64,000 nt of DNA from a bacterium. Its GTDB lineage: Bacteria; SAR324; XYD2-FULL-50-16; G965216635. Shown in pieces: positions 1-8,318 of the stretch. The notes below the pieces were generated by a model. The model was not told the DNA's origin and searched no databases. It saw only the letters and a list, made by a program, of their open reading frames with translations. Where the stretch lies: assembly GCA_965216635.1 (NCBI GenBank), contig OZ244188.1:672001-736000 (forward strand). The letters run 5' to 3'. Numbering within the stretch: position 1 is the first letter of the stretch; each line of letters starts with the position of its first letter. Position numbers and translations under genes: made by a program.

Positions 1-210
1 TTTATTAATTTTATTTTTTTAGGAGCTACTTTAGAAGCTAACAAGTCAGGAGATAGTGCTGCGGTTTCCATTTTAGGGTTTTTTGCTTTGGCTTTTTACG
101 CAGGAAACATTTACACCGCCATTAACGGAAGCTATAAATACAATGATTTTTCGCAAACACAGTATTGGAATAACTTGAGAACAAAACACAACCTTTTCTT
201 TAGTCCTTAA
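1..210 (+). CDS. 3' end of a membrane-associated hypothetical protein (partial)
   Basis: Frame 1 is open from base 1 to TAA at 208-210 (...ILGFFALAFYAGNIYTAINGSYKYN...FSP*), with hydrophobic segments; read manually. Confidence 0.7.
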   Translation, partial: FINFIFLGATLEANKSGDSAAVSILGFFALAFYAGNIYTAINGSYKYNDFSQTQYWNNLRTKHNLFFSP

Positions 211-251
211 AACCGAGGTGACAGCTGTAAATCAAGCTTTAGCCGTCTGTT

Positions 252-1073
252 TTAAATACTACTTACAGCTTCTTTTCTTTCATTTGTAGTCGGAGCAGCT
301 ACTGTTTCAGTTGTGAGCCTAGCACTATCTTCTACTTCAGCACTAGTACTGCTCTCATATTCTTTTGGCACTGTAGAGCCAAATCTATTATAATGAGAAG
401 CACTGTGAAAGTATTCTTTTCTCATGGAATGCATTTTTTCTTGAGCTCTATTTTTAATTTCTATTTCAGTTTGTAGGTGAACTTTAGTCAATTCAATAGC
501 GTTTGCTATCATAGCATGATATTTTTCTGTTTCCTCTGCGACCGCTTGCAGATAGGTTTTCATTTTTGTACTAGCTATTTTAAAATGCTCTAATCCGTGT
601 TGAAAGTTTTGCTTTGATTTATCTATAAAACCTCTTAAAGCGTTGAAAACATTATTTCTATCAGCGTACTCGTATCCTGTAGAGTTAGATTGTATTTCTG
701 TATCTATCTCTTTAACAGATGCATCGTATTGTGAGATAACAGAATGTAGGCTATTCAATACAGACTCATATTTTGAAGAATTAAGTTGTAATTGTTCTAA
801 AAGCGTTTTTCTTTTGAAACACCGACCTAGTGAGATAGAAAAAATTTTAGCTACGTTTAATATTTCTTTCTCAATAGAAGACGAATGTTCGGAATAGACC
901 ATACTATCATCTTCAGAGATCAATTCTTTTTCTTGTGCTTCCAAATGGTTATCCCAATTAAAAGGATCAAACTTTAAAAATTCCCATTTGTCGTGTATTG
1001 TGTCAAAATCAACAACATCCTCCACTATAAACTTTTCTACATTAAGCTGTAGCAATTCTTTTTTATATCCCAT
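252..1073 (-). CDS. Hypothetical helical/coiled-coil-like protein
   Basis: 273-aa ORF, E/K/S-rich, no signal peptide, no recognised motif. Confidence 0.65.
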   Translation of the reverse strand: MGYKKELLQLNVEKFIVEDVVDFDTIHDKWEFLKFDPFNWDNHLEAQEKELISEDDSMVYSEHSSSIEKEILNVAKIFSISLGRCFKRKTLLEQLQLNSSKYESVLNSLHSVISQYDASVKEIDTEIQSNSTGYEYADRNNVFNALRGFIDKSKQNFQHGLEHFKIASTKMKTYLQAVAEETEKYHAMIANAIELTKVHLQTEIEIKNRAQEKMHSMRKEYFHSASHYNRFGSTVPKEYESSTSAEVEDSARLTTETVAAPTTNERKEAVSSI

Positions 1074-1242
1074 TGTTTTAAATAGTTGTTATTTATTATA
1101 AATTTGTTAGAACTCACAAAGAGTTCAATAAAAAACTACCTAATTCTCTAAAAAAAAGCAACATTTTTTTATTTCATAAAAATTGGTTTGTTTTTTTTAA
1201 AAATCTAATATAAAAATACCTATTATTTTATAAAAAAGCAAG

Positions 1243-2283
1243 TCAACTCATCGGAAAAATTGCAATTATTTTTGTGCCTTTAATAATCTTGTTAGCAATA
1301 AAAATTTTTCCCCTGTAGGATTCTACAATTTTTTTGCATATATTAAGTCCCAAACCATAACCACCATATTTTTTTGAGCGAGATTTTTCTACTCTATAAA
1401 ATGGTTCAAAAACTCTCATTCTTTCTTGTCTTGCAATACCTATTCCAAAATCTTGGACACTAATTTGTAGGCATTTGGTATTTTTACTCCATTTACTTTC
1501 AATTAAAATGGGAGTTTTGGAATGAGAATAGTTTAAAGCATTCTGGATTAAATTATTCAATAAAATTTTCAGAAATAGGGCATTAAGGGGGTATTTTTTT
1601 TTAGGAAGACTATTTTTGTATTTTATAGGGATGCTAGCTAAACGGTGGGAATGAATAATTTCTTGGATAACAGGTTCCAAGTAGATAGCTTCTGTTTTTG
1701 CCGAGTAATTTTTATATTCTAGCTTTTCTACTTCTAAGATAGAGTCAATTATCAATTCCATATCTTTAATATCTTCTTGAATACTAAGTGTATGTTCGTT
1801 TCTATCTAAAAGTTCTAAGGAAAGTTTAGTTCTTGTAATAGGTGTTTTGATTTCGTGACTAAGATTGAGTAGAAGTTGTTTTTTAGAATCTATAAGTTGA
1901 GAGAGTTTTTTACTCATTTGGTTGAAAGATTGAATAATATCTCCTAGCTCGTCGTTGTTTTTTTTTTTTAGCTGAAAATCTAGATTTCCTTTAGATAGCT
2001 CCACCACTCCAAGTTGAATAGCACTTAGAGGTTTTAAAATTTGGCGGATAGTGAGGTAGCAGCAAGTTAAAAGTAAGGCAATAAAAAATATCACCAAAAT
2101 TATATTACCATCGTTATCAAAAATATGTTCTTGGGCGAAGAAAAAAGAAAGAAAAGAATAATTCCTAGCTTCTAAGAAAATCCAGTAGATAAGGATAGCA
2201 ACAAAACTGAGAGTAACTAGAGAACTTATAAATGATATTAAAAAAATTTTTGTGAAAATAGAAACTCGGATTTTAGAGAACAT
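1243..2283 (-). CDS. HAMP-domain sensor histidine kinase
   Basis: Two TM segments, HAMP, H-box LSHEIKTP, N-box NLIQNA, G1 DFGIGI, G2 GYGLGL. Start placed at MFSKIR. Confidence 0.93.
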   Translation of the reverse strand: MFSKIRVSIFTKIFLISFISSLVTLSFVAILIYWIFLEARNYSFLSFFFAQEHIFDNDGNIILVIFFIALLLTCCYLTIRQILKPLSAIQLGVVELSKGNLDFQLKKKNNDELGDIIQSFNQMSKKLSQLIDSKKQLLLNLSHEIKTPITRTKLSLELLDRNEHTLSIQEDIKDMELIIDSILEVEKLEYKNYSAKTEAIYLEPVIQEIIHSHRLASIPIKYKNSLPKKKYPLNALFLKILLNNLIQNALNYSHSKTPILIESKWSKNTKCLQISVQDFGIGIARQERMRVFEPFYRVEKSRSKKYGGYGLGLNICKKIVESYRGKIFIANKIIKGTKIIAIFPMS

Positions 2284-2320
2284 TCTATCTTTATTCGCTC
2301 TATTTTTATTCGCTCTATTT

Positions 2321-2995
2321 TTATTCAATGGCATAACCCCTACCCCAAGCACTTTTTATTATAGGATTTTTTTTATCATCCTGAATTTTTTGCCTCAATC
2401 TACTGACTAAAACATCTATAGATCTATTATAACCGTCCCATTCCAAGTTGTGTAGTTTTTTAAGAATAAAATCTCTATTCAATATTTTTCCTTTATTTTG
2501 AAAAAACAAAGCTAAAAGCTCAAATTCTAGGTAGGTTAACTGGAGAGGATTTTGGCGGAGGTAAGCTTTTTTAAGATTCCAGTTAATTTTTAATGTTCCA
2601 ATAGTTTCTTCTTTTTTTGGAGTTGAGTTAGTTTCTGTTCTTCTCAGAATTGCTCCTACTCTAGTCAGTAATTCTCTCGGCTCAAATGGTTTAGACATAT
2701 AATCATCAGCACCTATTTCTAAACCTACAATTTTATCAGTTACTTCTCCTCTAGCAGATAGAAATAAAATAGGAATATCAGAATTTTTACGGATTTTTTT
2801 ACAAATCTCAAAACCATTCATTTTGGGAAGCATAATATCCAAGATAATTAAATGGATTCTTTCTTTTGCCAAAATCTCCTCTACTTCGCTATGCTCTTCT
2901 GCTTGAAAAACTCTGTAGTTATAGGTAGCAAAATAATTTTTAATAAGATCGTTGAGTTTTAAATCGTCTTCTACAAGAAGTATGTTATAATTCAT
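2321..2995 (-). CDS. OmpR/PhoB-family response regulator
   Basis: LLVEDD, LDIMLP, KPF, winged-helix RSIDVLVSRLRQK and WGRGY. Confidence 0.95.
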   Translation of the reverse strand: MNYNILLVEDDLKLNDLIKNYFATYNYRVFQAEEHSEVEEILAKERIHLIILDIMLPKMNGFEICKKIRKNSDIPILFLSARGEVTDKIVGLEIGADDYMSKPFEPRELLTRVGAILRRTETNSTPKKEETIGTLKINWNLKKAYLRQNPLQLTYLEFELLALFFQNKGKILNRDFILKKLHNLEWDGYNRSIDVLVSRLRQKIQDDKKNPIIKSAWGRGYAIE

Positions 2996-3071
2996 TAAGT
3001 GATCACATTTTGATATTGAATAATTATACAATATATTTTAATATAAAAAAAACATCAAAATCATCTTCAGT

Positions 3072-4076
3072 ATGAAAATAAAAAAAAATCTTTTAATCAG
3101 TTTTGGGGCTTGTTGTATCTTTATTATCAGCTATCTTTTTCTACCTCTGTGGGGAAGTTCCCAAAATATTCAATTTAGCATTCCAAAAGGTTCTAGCACA
3201 AAAACTATAGCTTATAATTTAAAAGAAAAAAAAATATTCTTTTATCCTAATTTATTTATTTTAACGGTTAAAATTTTCAATAAATCCAAACGAATCCATA
3301 GCGGAGATTATGAGATAAACAGCAAAATATCCACTTGGCAACTGCTTCGTATTTTAGAGGAAGGAAAAGGAAAAACTGTAAAAATCACAATCCAAGAAGG
3401 TTTGCGAGCTAAACAGATTTTTACAATATTAAAAGAGTCAGAGTTAGACAATAACAAAAATTACGAAACTTATTTTAAGGACGCATCTTTTTTAAGAAAA
3501 AATAAATTACCATCAGAAGCAAAAACACTGGAGGGTTTTTTATTTCCAGAAACCTACCATTTTTCTAGATTTGCAACAGAAAAACAAATACTACAGAAAA
3601 TGATTGCAACTTTTTTTGAAAAACTTCCCCAAAAACTTCAAGGCAACCGCTCCGTTGATTTATCTTTTTATCAATTATTGATACTAGCCTCTATTGTAGA
3701 AAAAGAAACTAGTCTTAAAGCCGAGCAAAAGACAATTGTTTCTGTATTTTACAATCGTTTAAAAAAAGATATGAAATTGCAAACAGATCCCACAGTAATC
3801 TATGGAATTGAAAATTTTGACGGCAACCTCACTAGAAAACATTTGAAAGCATTTAGTCCGTACAATACTTACCTTAATAAAGGTCTACCGCCTACTCCTA
3901 TTTCTAACCCAGGTTTAGACGCTATCAATGCTGTGCTTCACCCTGAAAAAACAAAATATCTCTATTTTACTGGTAAAGGAGATGGAACATCGTATTTTTC
4001 TACAAACTTAAAAGAGCATAATAAAGCCGTAGAAAAATATCAGAAAAGGAGGCGAAAAGATTATCGTTCATTTTGA
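3072..4076 (+). CDS. mltG: Endolytic transglycosylase MltG (YceG)
   Basis: LEGFLFPETY, ASIVEKE, LQTDPTVIY, SPYNTY, GLPPTPISNPG. Confidence 0.95.
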   Translation: MKIKKNLLISFGACCIFIISYLFLPLWGSSQNIQFSIPKGSSTKTIAYNLKEKKIFFYPNLFILTVKIFNKSKRIHSGDYEINSKISTWQLLRILEEGKGKTVKITIQEGLRAKQIFTILKESELDNNKNYETYFKDASFLRKNKLPSEAKTLEGFLFPETYHFSRFATEKQILQKMIATFFEKLPQKLQGNRSVDLSFYQLLILASIVEKETSLKAEQKTIVSVFYNRLKKDMKLQTDPTVIYGIENFDGNLTRKHLKAFSPYNTYLNKGLPPTPISNPGLDAINAVLHPEKTKYLYFTGKGDGTSYFSTNLKEHNKAVEKYQKRRRKDYRSF

Positions 4077-4125
4077 AGAAAAAATTAAAAACATTATCAT
4101 TCGTTTTGAAGAAAAAATTAAAAAC
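4060..4125 (+). repeat. 33-bp tandem duplication of the mltG end/spacer
   Basis: attatcgttcattttgaagaaaaaattaaaaac / attatcattcgttttgaagaaaaaattaaaaac, directly before the FNR ATG. Confidence 0.9.
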
Positions 4126-5001
4126 ATGCAAACCTTACAAAAAATCGTATTAGAAAAAGGAGTAGTCTATAAACCCTCGCGTACAGGCACGGCAAAGGTT
4201 TTAAAAAATATTCGCATTAGCGACCCCAACAGCCCCGATGAAGTGAGACACCTACTATTAGATATGTCTCAGACTGGTATGAAATTTTACGAAGGGCAGT
4301 CAGTGGGGGTGGTTCCACCGGGCACTACGGCGAGTGGTAGAGCCAATAAGGTGCGTCTTTACAGTGTGGCTTCTTCTAGGAGCGGAGAAGACGGCAAAGG
4401 AAACATTCTTGCTTTTTGCGTCAAAAAAGATTCAGGTGAAAAAAATGGAGAAAAATGGCAAGGAATCTGTTCTAATTATCTTTGTGATTTAAACGAAGGC
4501 GCAGAAATTATAATTACAGGACCTGTAGGTAGAAGTTTTCTGCTCCCCCAATGCAAAACTGTGAATCTCCTGATGTTTGCTACAGGAACTGGAATTGCTC
4601 CCTATAGAGGTTTTGCTCAATATATTGAAAAAAAAGGTTGGTCTGCTGCTTGTCTGCTTTTTATGGGTTGCAAAACTGAAAAAGAAGCACTATACTTTAA
4701 TCAACAAAACTCTGAATTGAAAAACTGCTCTTTTTTTAAATCGTATCTTGCTCTTTCTAGGGTAGAAAATACAAAAGAAGGGTATAAAATGTACGTTCAA
4801 TACAAATTGAGAGAATATTTAGAAGAAGTTTGGAAAATTATAATGGAAGGTAATTTTTCTCTATATATTTGTGGTTTGAAAGGTCTTGAAAAAGGAGTAG
4901 CAGAAATTTTAGCCCAGAAGGCAGAATCAGAATCCAAAAACTGGGCAGAAATGAAATTGGAGTTTAGGAAGCAAGGGCGTTGGAATGTAGAAGTCTATTA
5001 G
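4126..5001 (+). CDS. Ferredoxin-NADP(+) reductase, plastidic/PetH-like class
   Basis: EGQSVGVVPPG, RLYSVASS, GICSNYLCDL, ATGTGIAP, YICGLKG, C-terminal WNVEVY. Confidence 0.9.
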   Translation: MQTLQKIVLEKGVVYKPSRTGTAKVLKNIRISDPNSPDEVRHLLLDMSQTGMKFYEGQSVGVVPPGTTASGRANKVRLYSVASSRSGEDGKGNILAFCVKKDSGEKNGEKWQGICSNYLCDLNEGAEIIITGPVGRSFLLPQCKTVNLLMFATGTGIAPYRGFAQYIEKKGWSAACLLFMGCKTEKEALYFNQQNSELKNCSFFKSYLALSRVENTKEGYKMYVQYKLREYLEEVWKIIMEGNFSLYICGLKGLEKGVAEILAQKAESESKNWAEMKLEFRKQGRWNVEVY

Positions 5002-5140
5002 ACTATTGAATTAGACATTCTAGTTCAGCTATACTGCGTTGCTCAAATTTTTTATCACTCAAAATACTTCAGTATTCCTCGTGGGTAAAAAATTTTCGCG
5101 CCTTGTCTAGCTTTCCTATAATGCTAAAGTTCAACAGTCT
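5000..5140. mobile_element. MITE/RPE-like palindromic element
   Basis: agactattgaa...ttcaacagtct inverted ends, central aatacttcagtatt hairpin, ctatta repeated at both edges; overlaps the FNR TAG stop. Confidence 0.8.
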
Positions 5141-5320
5141 CTATTAAAATAGACCCTTGACTTTGCGTTCTGTTTAGGCTAAGCTAGATAAAATCTAGCT
5201 AAACTAGGAAAAGGTTTCTTTAAAAAAGCCATTGCATTAATCTTATGTTTTGGCTAGACTTTGTAAATCTAGTCTAAACTAGACACAACCTAGACAAACT
5301 AGGGAAATGTTTTTTATAAA

Positions 5321-5348
5321 CCTTTGAATTTCTTAGAAATTCAAAAGG
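5321..5348. promoter_or_regulatory. Palindrome upstream of OMP gene 1 (two fused TIR halves; possible operator)
   Basis: cctttgaatttct-t-agaaattcaaaagg; identical copy at 6982-7009. Confidence 0.5.
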
Positions 5349-5375
5349 CTATTTTAATTTAAACTAAAAAAAATT

Positions 5376-6602
5376 ATGAAAATAATTAAAAAAAGGACGC
5401 TAAAAATAGCGTCAAATGCTTCCAATGGGGCTTCGGGTGGGGCTTTCCAATGGAATAGGGTTCTATTGTTAGGTGCGATTTTGTTGAGTTTTCTATTTGT
5501 AGGAAATCTGCGGGCACAGGAAGCTCCAGAGATAGCATCCCAAAAGGGTTGGTTTGTAGGGGTTAATCCTCTGATTTTTGGGGCGAACAAGATAGAAACC
5601 AGAACAACAACAAGTAGCACAGGAGGAGGAGAACTTGTGGTGAGTGATTTGACTGCCGATGCCCCTAGCAATAGAGAAATTATAAGATTCAACTCAGAAT
5701 CTGCAGCAAAAGCCATTTGTGCAGATGATACGACTATTGATTTTTTGGATCGATTCAGCAATCTTATTTCTTTCTCGCGTGCGAATGTTTTTAGCAGATT
5801 GGAAATATTCTATCTGGCGGAGGATAGAAGCGACGCAACAGATCTTACTATCACAGCTGGGGGAGCCCAATTTGATGCTGCTAATTTTATCCTAGACGGA
5901 GTAGAAATTTCATTCACAGAAGATCCAACGCTTTTGTATCGCAACTCAGTCAACAGTCCCATCGCAGACGGCGAATGCAAAAAAGCCTTTGATGGATTAC
6001 TTTTAGAAGACCAATCTTCTACTGCTGGCTCTTCAGAAACCAGCACAGGAAAAGCTCTAGCGGGCAACGGCTTGCAAGTGGGCTACAGAGACGGCGACTA
6101 TAGATATTCTCTTTCAAACTACTCTTGGGCAGCTGGATCAGATAAACTAGATTCCCAAGTGCTTTTGATAGAGTATTTTATAGCTAAGGGTTTTTCGGCG
6201 GGAATAGGAGTGGCGAATGTTAAGCTAGATTCTAGTGCTGGACTCTATTCACAAAGAGCGAATGTTTATAGTTTGAGCTACCATTACCCTATCTGGAAAA
6301 ATCTTTTTGTAGAAGCGAGCTATATGCTTATCTCAGCCGATATTTCCGTGCAAAAAGAAGAGCTAAAAGTACTTAAAGCAGTCACCCAAACAGATACCAG
6401 AGAGATAGGGTTTTTTATTTCTGTTGCTGGGGATGTTGCTGACCTTCGCTCACTTTATTATGATGGAGCAGAAACATTTGATGGAAGAGTCACCGTAAAG
6501 CGAACCCAAACCCAAACAGCTGGCACAAGAACGATCACAAAATCAGTGGAAATAAAAAACCCAGCAGCCTTTAGAATAAATTTCATCTGGCGCTTTCGTT
6601 AA
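5376..6602 (+). CDS. Variable outer-membrane beta-barrel protein, paralog 1
   Basis: Long signal peptide (LRA|QE), first strand GWFVGVNP, Cys-pair insert, amphipathic strands, terminal strand FRINFIWRFR. Confidence 0.8.
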   Translation: MKIIKKRTLKIASNASNGASGGAFQWNRVLLLGAILLSFLFVGNLRAQEAPEIASQKGWFVGVNPLIFGANKIETRTTTSSTGGGELVVSDLTADAPSNREIIRFNSESAAKAICADDTTIDFLDRFSNLISFSRANVFSRLEIFYLAEDRSDATDLTITAGGAQFDAANFILDGVEISFTEDPTLLYRNSVNSPIADGECKKAFDGLLLEDQSSTAGSSETSTGKALAGNGLQVGYRDGDYRYSLSNYSWAAGSDKLDSQVLLIEYFIAKGFSAGIGVANVKLDSSAGLYSQRANVYSLSYHYPIWKNLFVEASYMLISADISVQKEELKVLKAVTQTDTREIGFFISVAGDVADLRSLYYDGAETFDGRVTVKRTQTQTAGTRTITKSVEIKNPAAFRINFIWRFR

Positions 6603-6616
6603 GGGCTTTTAAAAAT

Positions 6617-6773
6617 CTGCAGGGGATGTTTTTTTTTCCAACGAAAAAAATAACGTCCCCGCACAATTATTTCTGCAGGGGATGTTTTTTTTTTCCAACC
6701 TGCAGGGGACATTTTTTTTGCCAAAATGGTTGCTTAGTCAACCATTTGGAGCAAAAAATGTGTCCCCGTTCTT
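6617..6773. repeat. Cluster of CTGCAGGGGA(C/T) REP-like hairpins
   Basis: Three ctgcagggga starts (6617, 6673, 6700); stems ggggatg...cgtcccc and ggggacatttt...aaaatgtgtcccc; related copies at 60234-60346 and 61965-61996. Confidence 0.8.
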
Positions 6774-6804
6774 AAAGAAGAAGGGGTTTAAAGGTCTATA
6801 TACT

Positions 6805-6942
6805 TTTGAATTAACCAAATAGGACAAAACCAGCTATTTTGGCTAAACTTTGGTAAAGTCTAGCTAAACTAATAATTTGAATTAACCAAATAGGACAAAA
6901 CCAGCTATTTTGGCTAAACTTTGGTAAAGTCTAGCTAAACTA
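6805..6942 (+). repeat. Tandem duplication (67-bp unit, 71-bp period) of a MITE-derived left arm
   Basis: tttgaattaaccaaataggacaaaaccagctattttggctaaactttggtaaagtctagctaaacta at 6805 and 6876. Confidence 0.9.
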
Positions 6943-7035
6943 GACACAACCTAGACAAACTAGGAAAATGTTTTTTATAAACCTTTGAATTTCTTAGAAA
7001 TTCAAAAGGCTATTTTAATTTAAACTAAAAAAATC

Positions 7036-8202
7036 ATGAAAATAATGAAAAAAAAGACGCTAAAAATAGCGTCAAATGCTTCTAATGGGGCTTTCCAATG
7101 GGCTGGCTTCCAATGGACATTACTGTTAGGTGTGATTTTGTTGAGTTTTCAGTTTGTGGGTAATCTGCAGGCGCAGGACAGCCAAACAAGTAAAATTGGT
7201 AAAGGTGGTTGGTTTATTGGGTTAACTCCCTATGCTTTGGGTCTTTCGGAGTCAAAGACTTCTGTTCGTATAACAGGTGTTACTCCTACAGGCGCCATAA
7301 TAGATAGTAGTGGTGGTGGATTTAGCTTTACTGCTGTAGCTCCTAGTGATGCCATACTTGGTGGTGGTGTTGGTATTCAAGCTAACGCACAAGCAGACGC
7401 TGTAAGGCTTTGTAAGACTGGTGCTGCGAGCACAGACGGAAGCAATACTAGTTTTTCTTCTCAACGATTCGCCCTAGCTGATGGATTGTACAGTAACAGC
7501 AATCCTATTAATTATAATTTCATAGCCTGTAAAAGTCATTTTGATGATCTTTTTTCCAATGCTACCCTAGTAGATGTGCCATTCCGATCACCAAAAGCCT
7601 CCCCAAAACCAGCGACAGCAAAATGGAGCGGCGCCGGCTTGCACTTCGGTTGGCAGTTTCCCGAAGGAGATAGAGTAGGGTTGCAGCTACACAACTGGAA
7701 AGGAGGAAATGTTGAGGTAAGTAGCCAAATTGCAATCTACGACTATTTTTTTGCCAAAGGCTTTTATGCGGGACTAGGCACTGGAACTCTGCAACTCAAA
7801 GCACTAGGCAAAACAAAAAGCCAAAGAGCAACAGCTGTGAATCTGGGTTGGCAGTATTCTATTAAAGAGAATCTCAAGCTAGAATTAGGCTACCTTCTTT
7901 TGAACGGTGAGGTAACAGTTAAAAAAGAAACCAGAACAACCAGAAATATAGCGCTTTCCAGTGCAGTAGTGGAAGCACAAGTTGTACATATAGGATTAGG
8001 ATTTTCTAGTCCTAATCCTAAGTTTAATTATAATGTTGCCTGCGGAGGAACTTCTTGTTCTTTACTGGGCGACCATGGAATAAAAGTTACTAGCGAGCCA
8101 CTCACTCGGGAAATATCCCAAGAATACGAAATAATAGAAACCCAAGAGGTGACAGTCTCCAAACCATCTGTGATCTATATCCGCTTGAGCCTCGGCTTTT
8201 AG
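7036..8202 (+). CDS. Variable outer-membrane beta-barrel protein, paralog 2
   Basis: Leader nearly identical to paralog 1; GWFIGLTP strand; Cys pairs; terminal strand IYIRLSLGF. Confidence 0.8.
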   Translation: MKIMKKKTLKIASNASNGAFQWAGFQWTLLLGVILLSFQFVGNLQAQDSQTSKIGKGGWFIGLTPYALGLSESKTSVRITGVTPTGAIIDSSGGGFSFTAVAPSDAILGGGVGIQANAQADAVRLCKTGAASTDGSNTSFSSQRFALADGLYSNSNPINYNFIACKSHFDDLFSNATLVDVPFRSPKASPKPATAKWSGAGLHFGWQFPEGDRVGLQLHNWKGGNVEVSSQIAIYDYFFAKGFYAGLGTGTLQLKALGKTKSQRATAVNLGWQYSIKENLKLELGYLLLNGEVTVKKETRTTRNIALSSAVVEAQVVHIGLGFSSPNPKFNYNVACGGTSCSLLGDHGIKVTSEPLTREISQEYEIIETQEVTVSKPSVIYIRLSLGF

Positions 8203-8318
8203 CATAAAATTCGTCTGGAGCTCCTTTTAAGAACGTTTCTTTTAAGGAGCTTCTTTTAAGCCTATAAATAGTTTTAAAAGGTAAACTTTGGTAAGCAAAT
8301 TCAAAAGTCTATTAAAAT

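Larger units (their letters stand above)
5001..8314. mobile_element. 3.3-kb insertion (MITE + two TIR-bracketed OMP gene units) between FNR and ppiD
   Basis: Direct repeat aagtctatta at 4991-5000 and 8305-8314; attaaaat at 5143-5150 and 8311-8318; TIR-like ends at 5151, 6797/6800 and 8310. Confidence 0.65.

Noticed and set aside
2284..2352. N-terminal extension of the sensor kinase (NKNRA repeats)
   Set aside because: Overlaps the regulator stop and is a 15-bp tandem duplication; the ATG at 2283 is the more plausible start.
5354..5761. Antisense and nested short ORFs listed throughout the track
   Set aside because: They overlap well-supported genes and show no motifs.
6603..6773. Integron attC sites after OMP genes
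   Set aside because: No convincing RYYYAAC...GTTRRRY pair and no integrase; the OMP genes have their own upstream regions.
6617..6942. CRISPR array
   Set aside because: Repeats are hairpins or plain tandem duplications without regular unique spacers; no cas genes.
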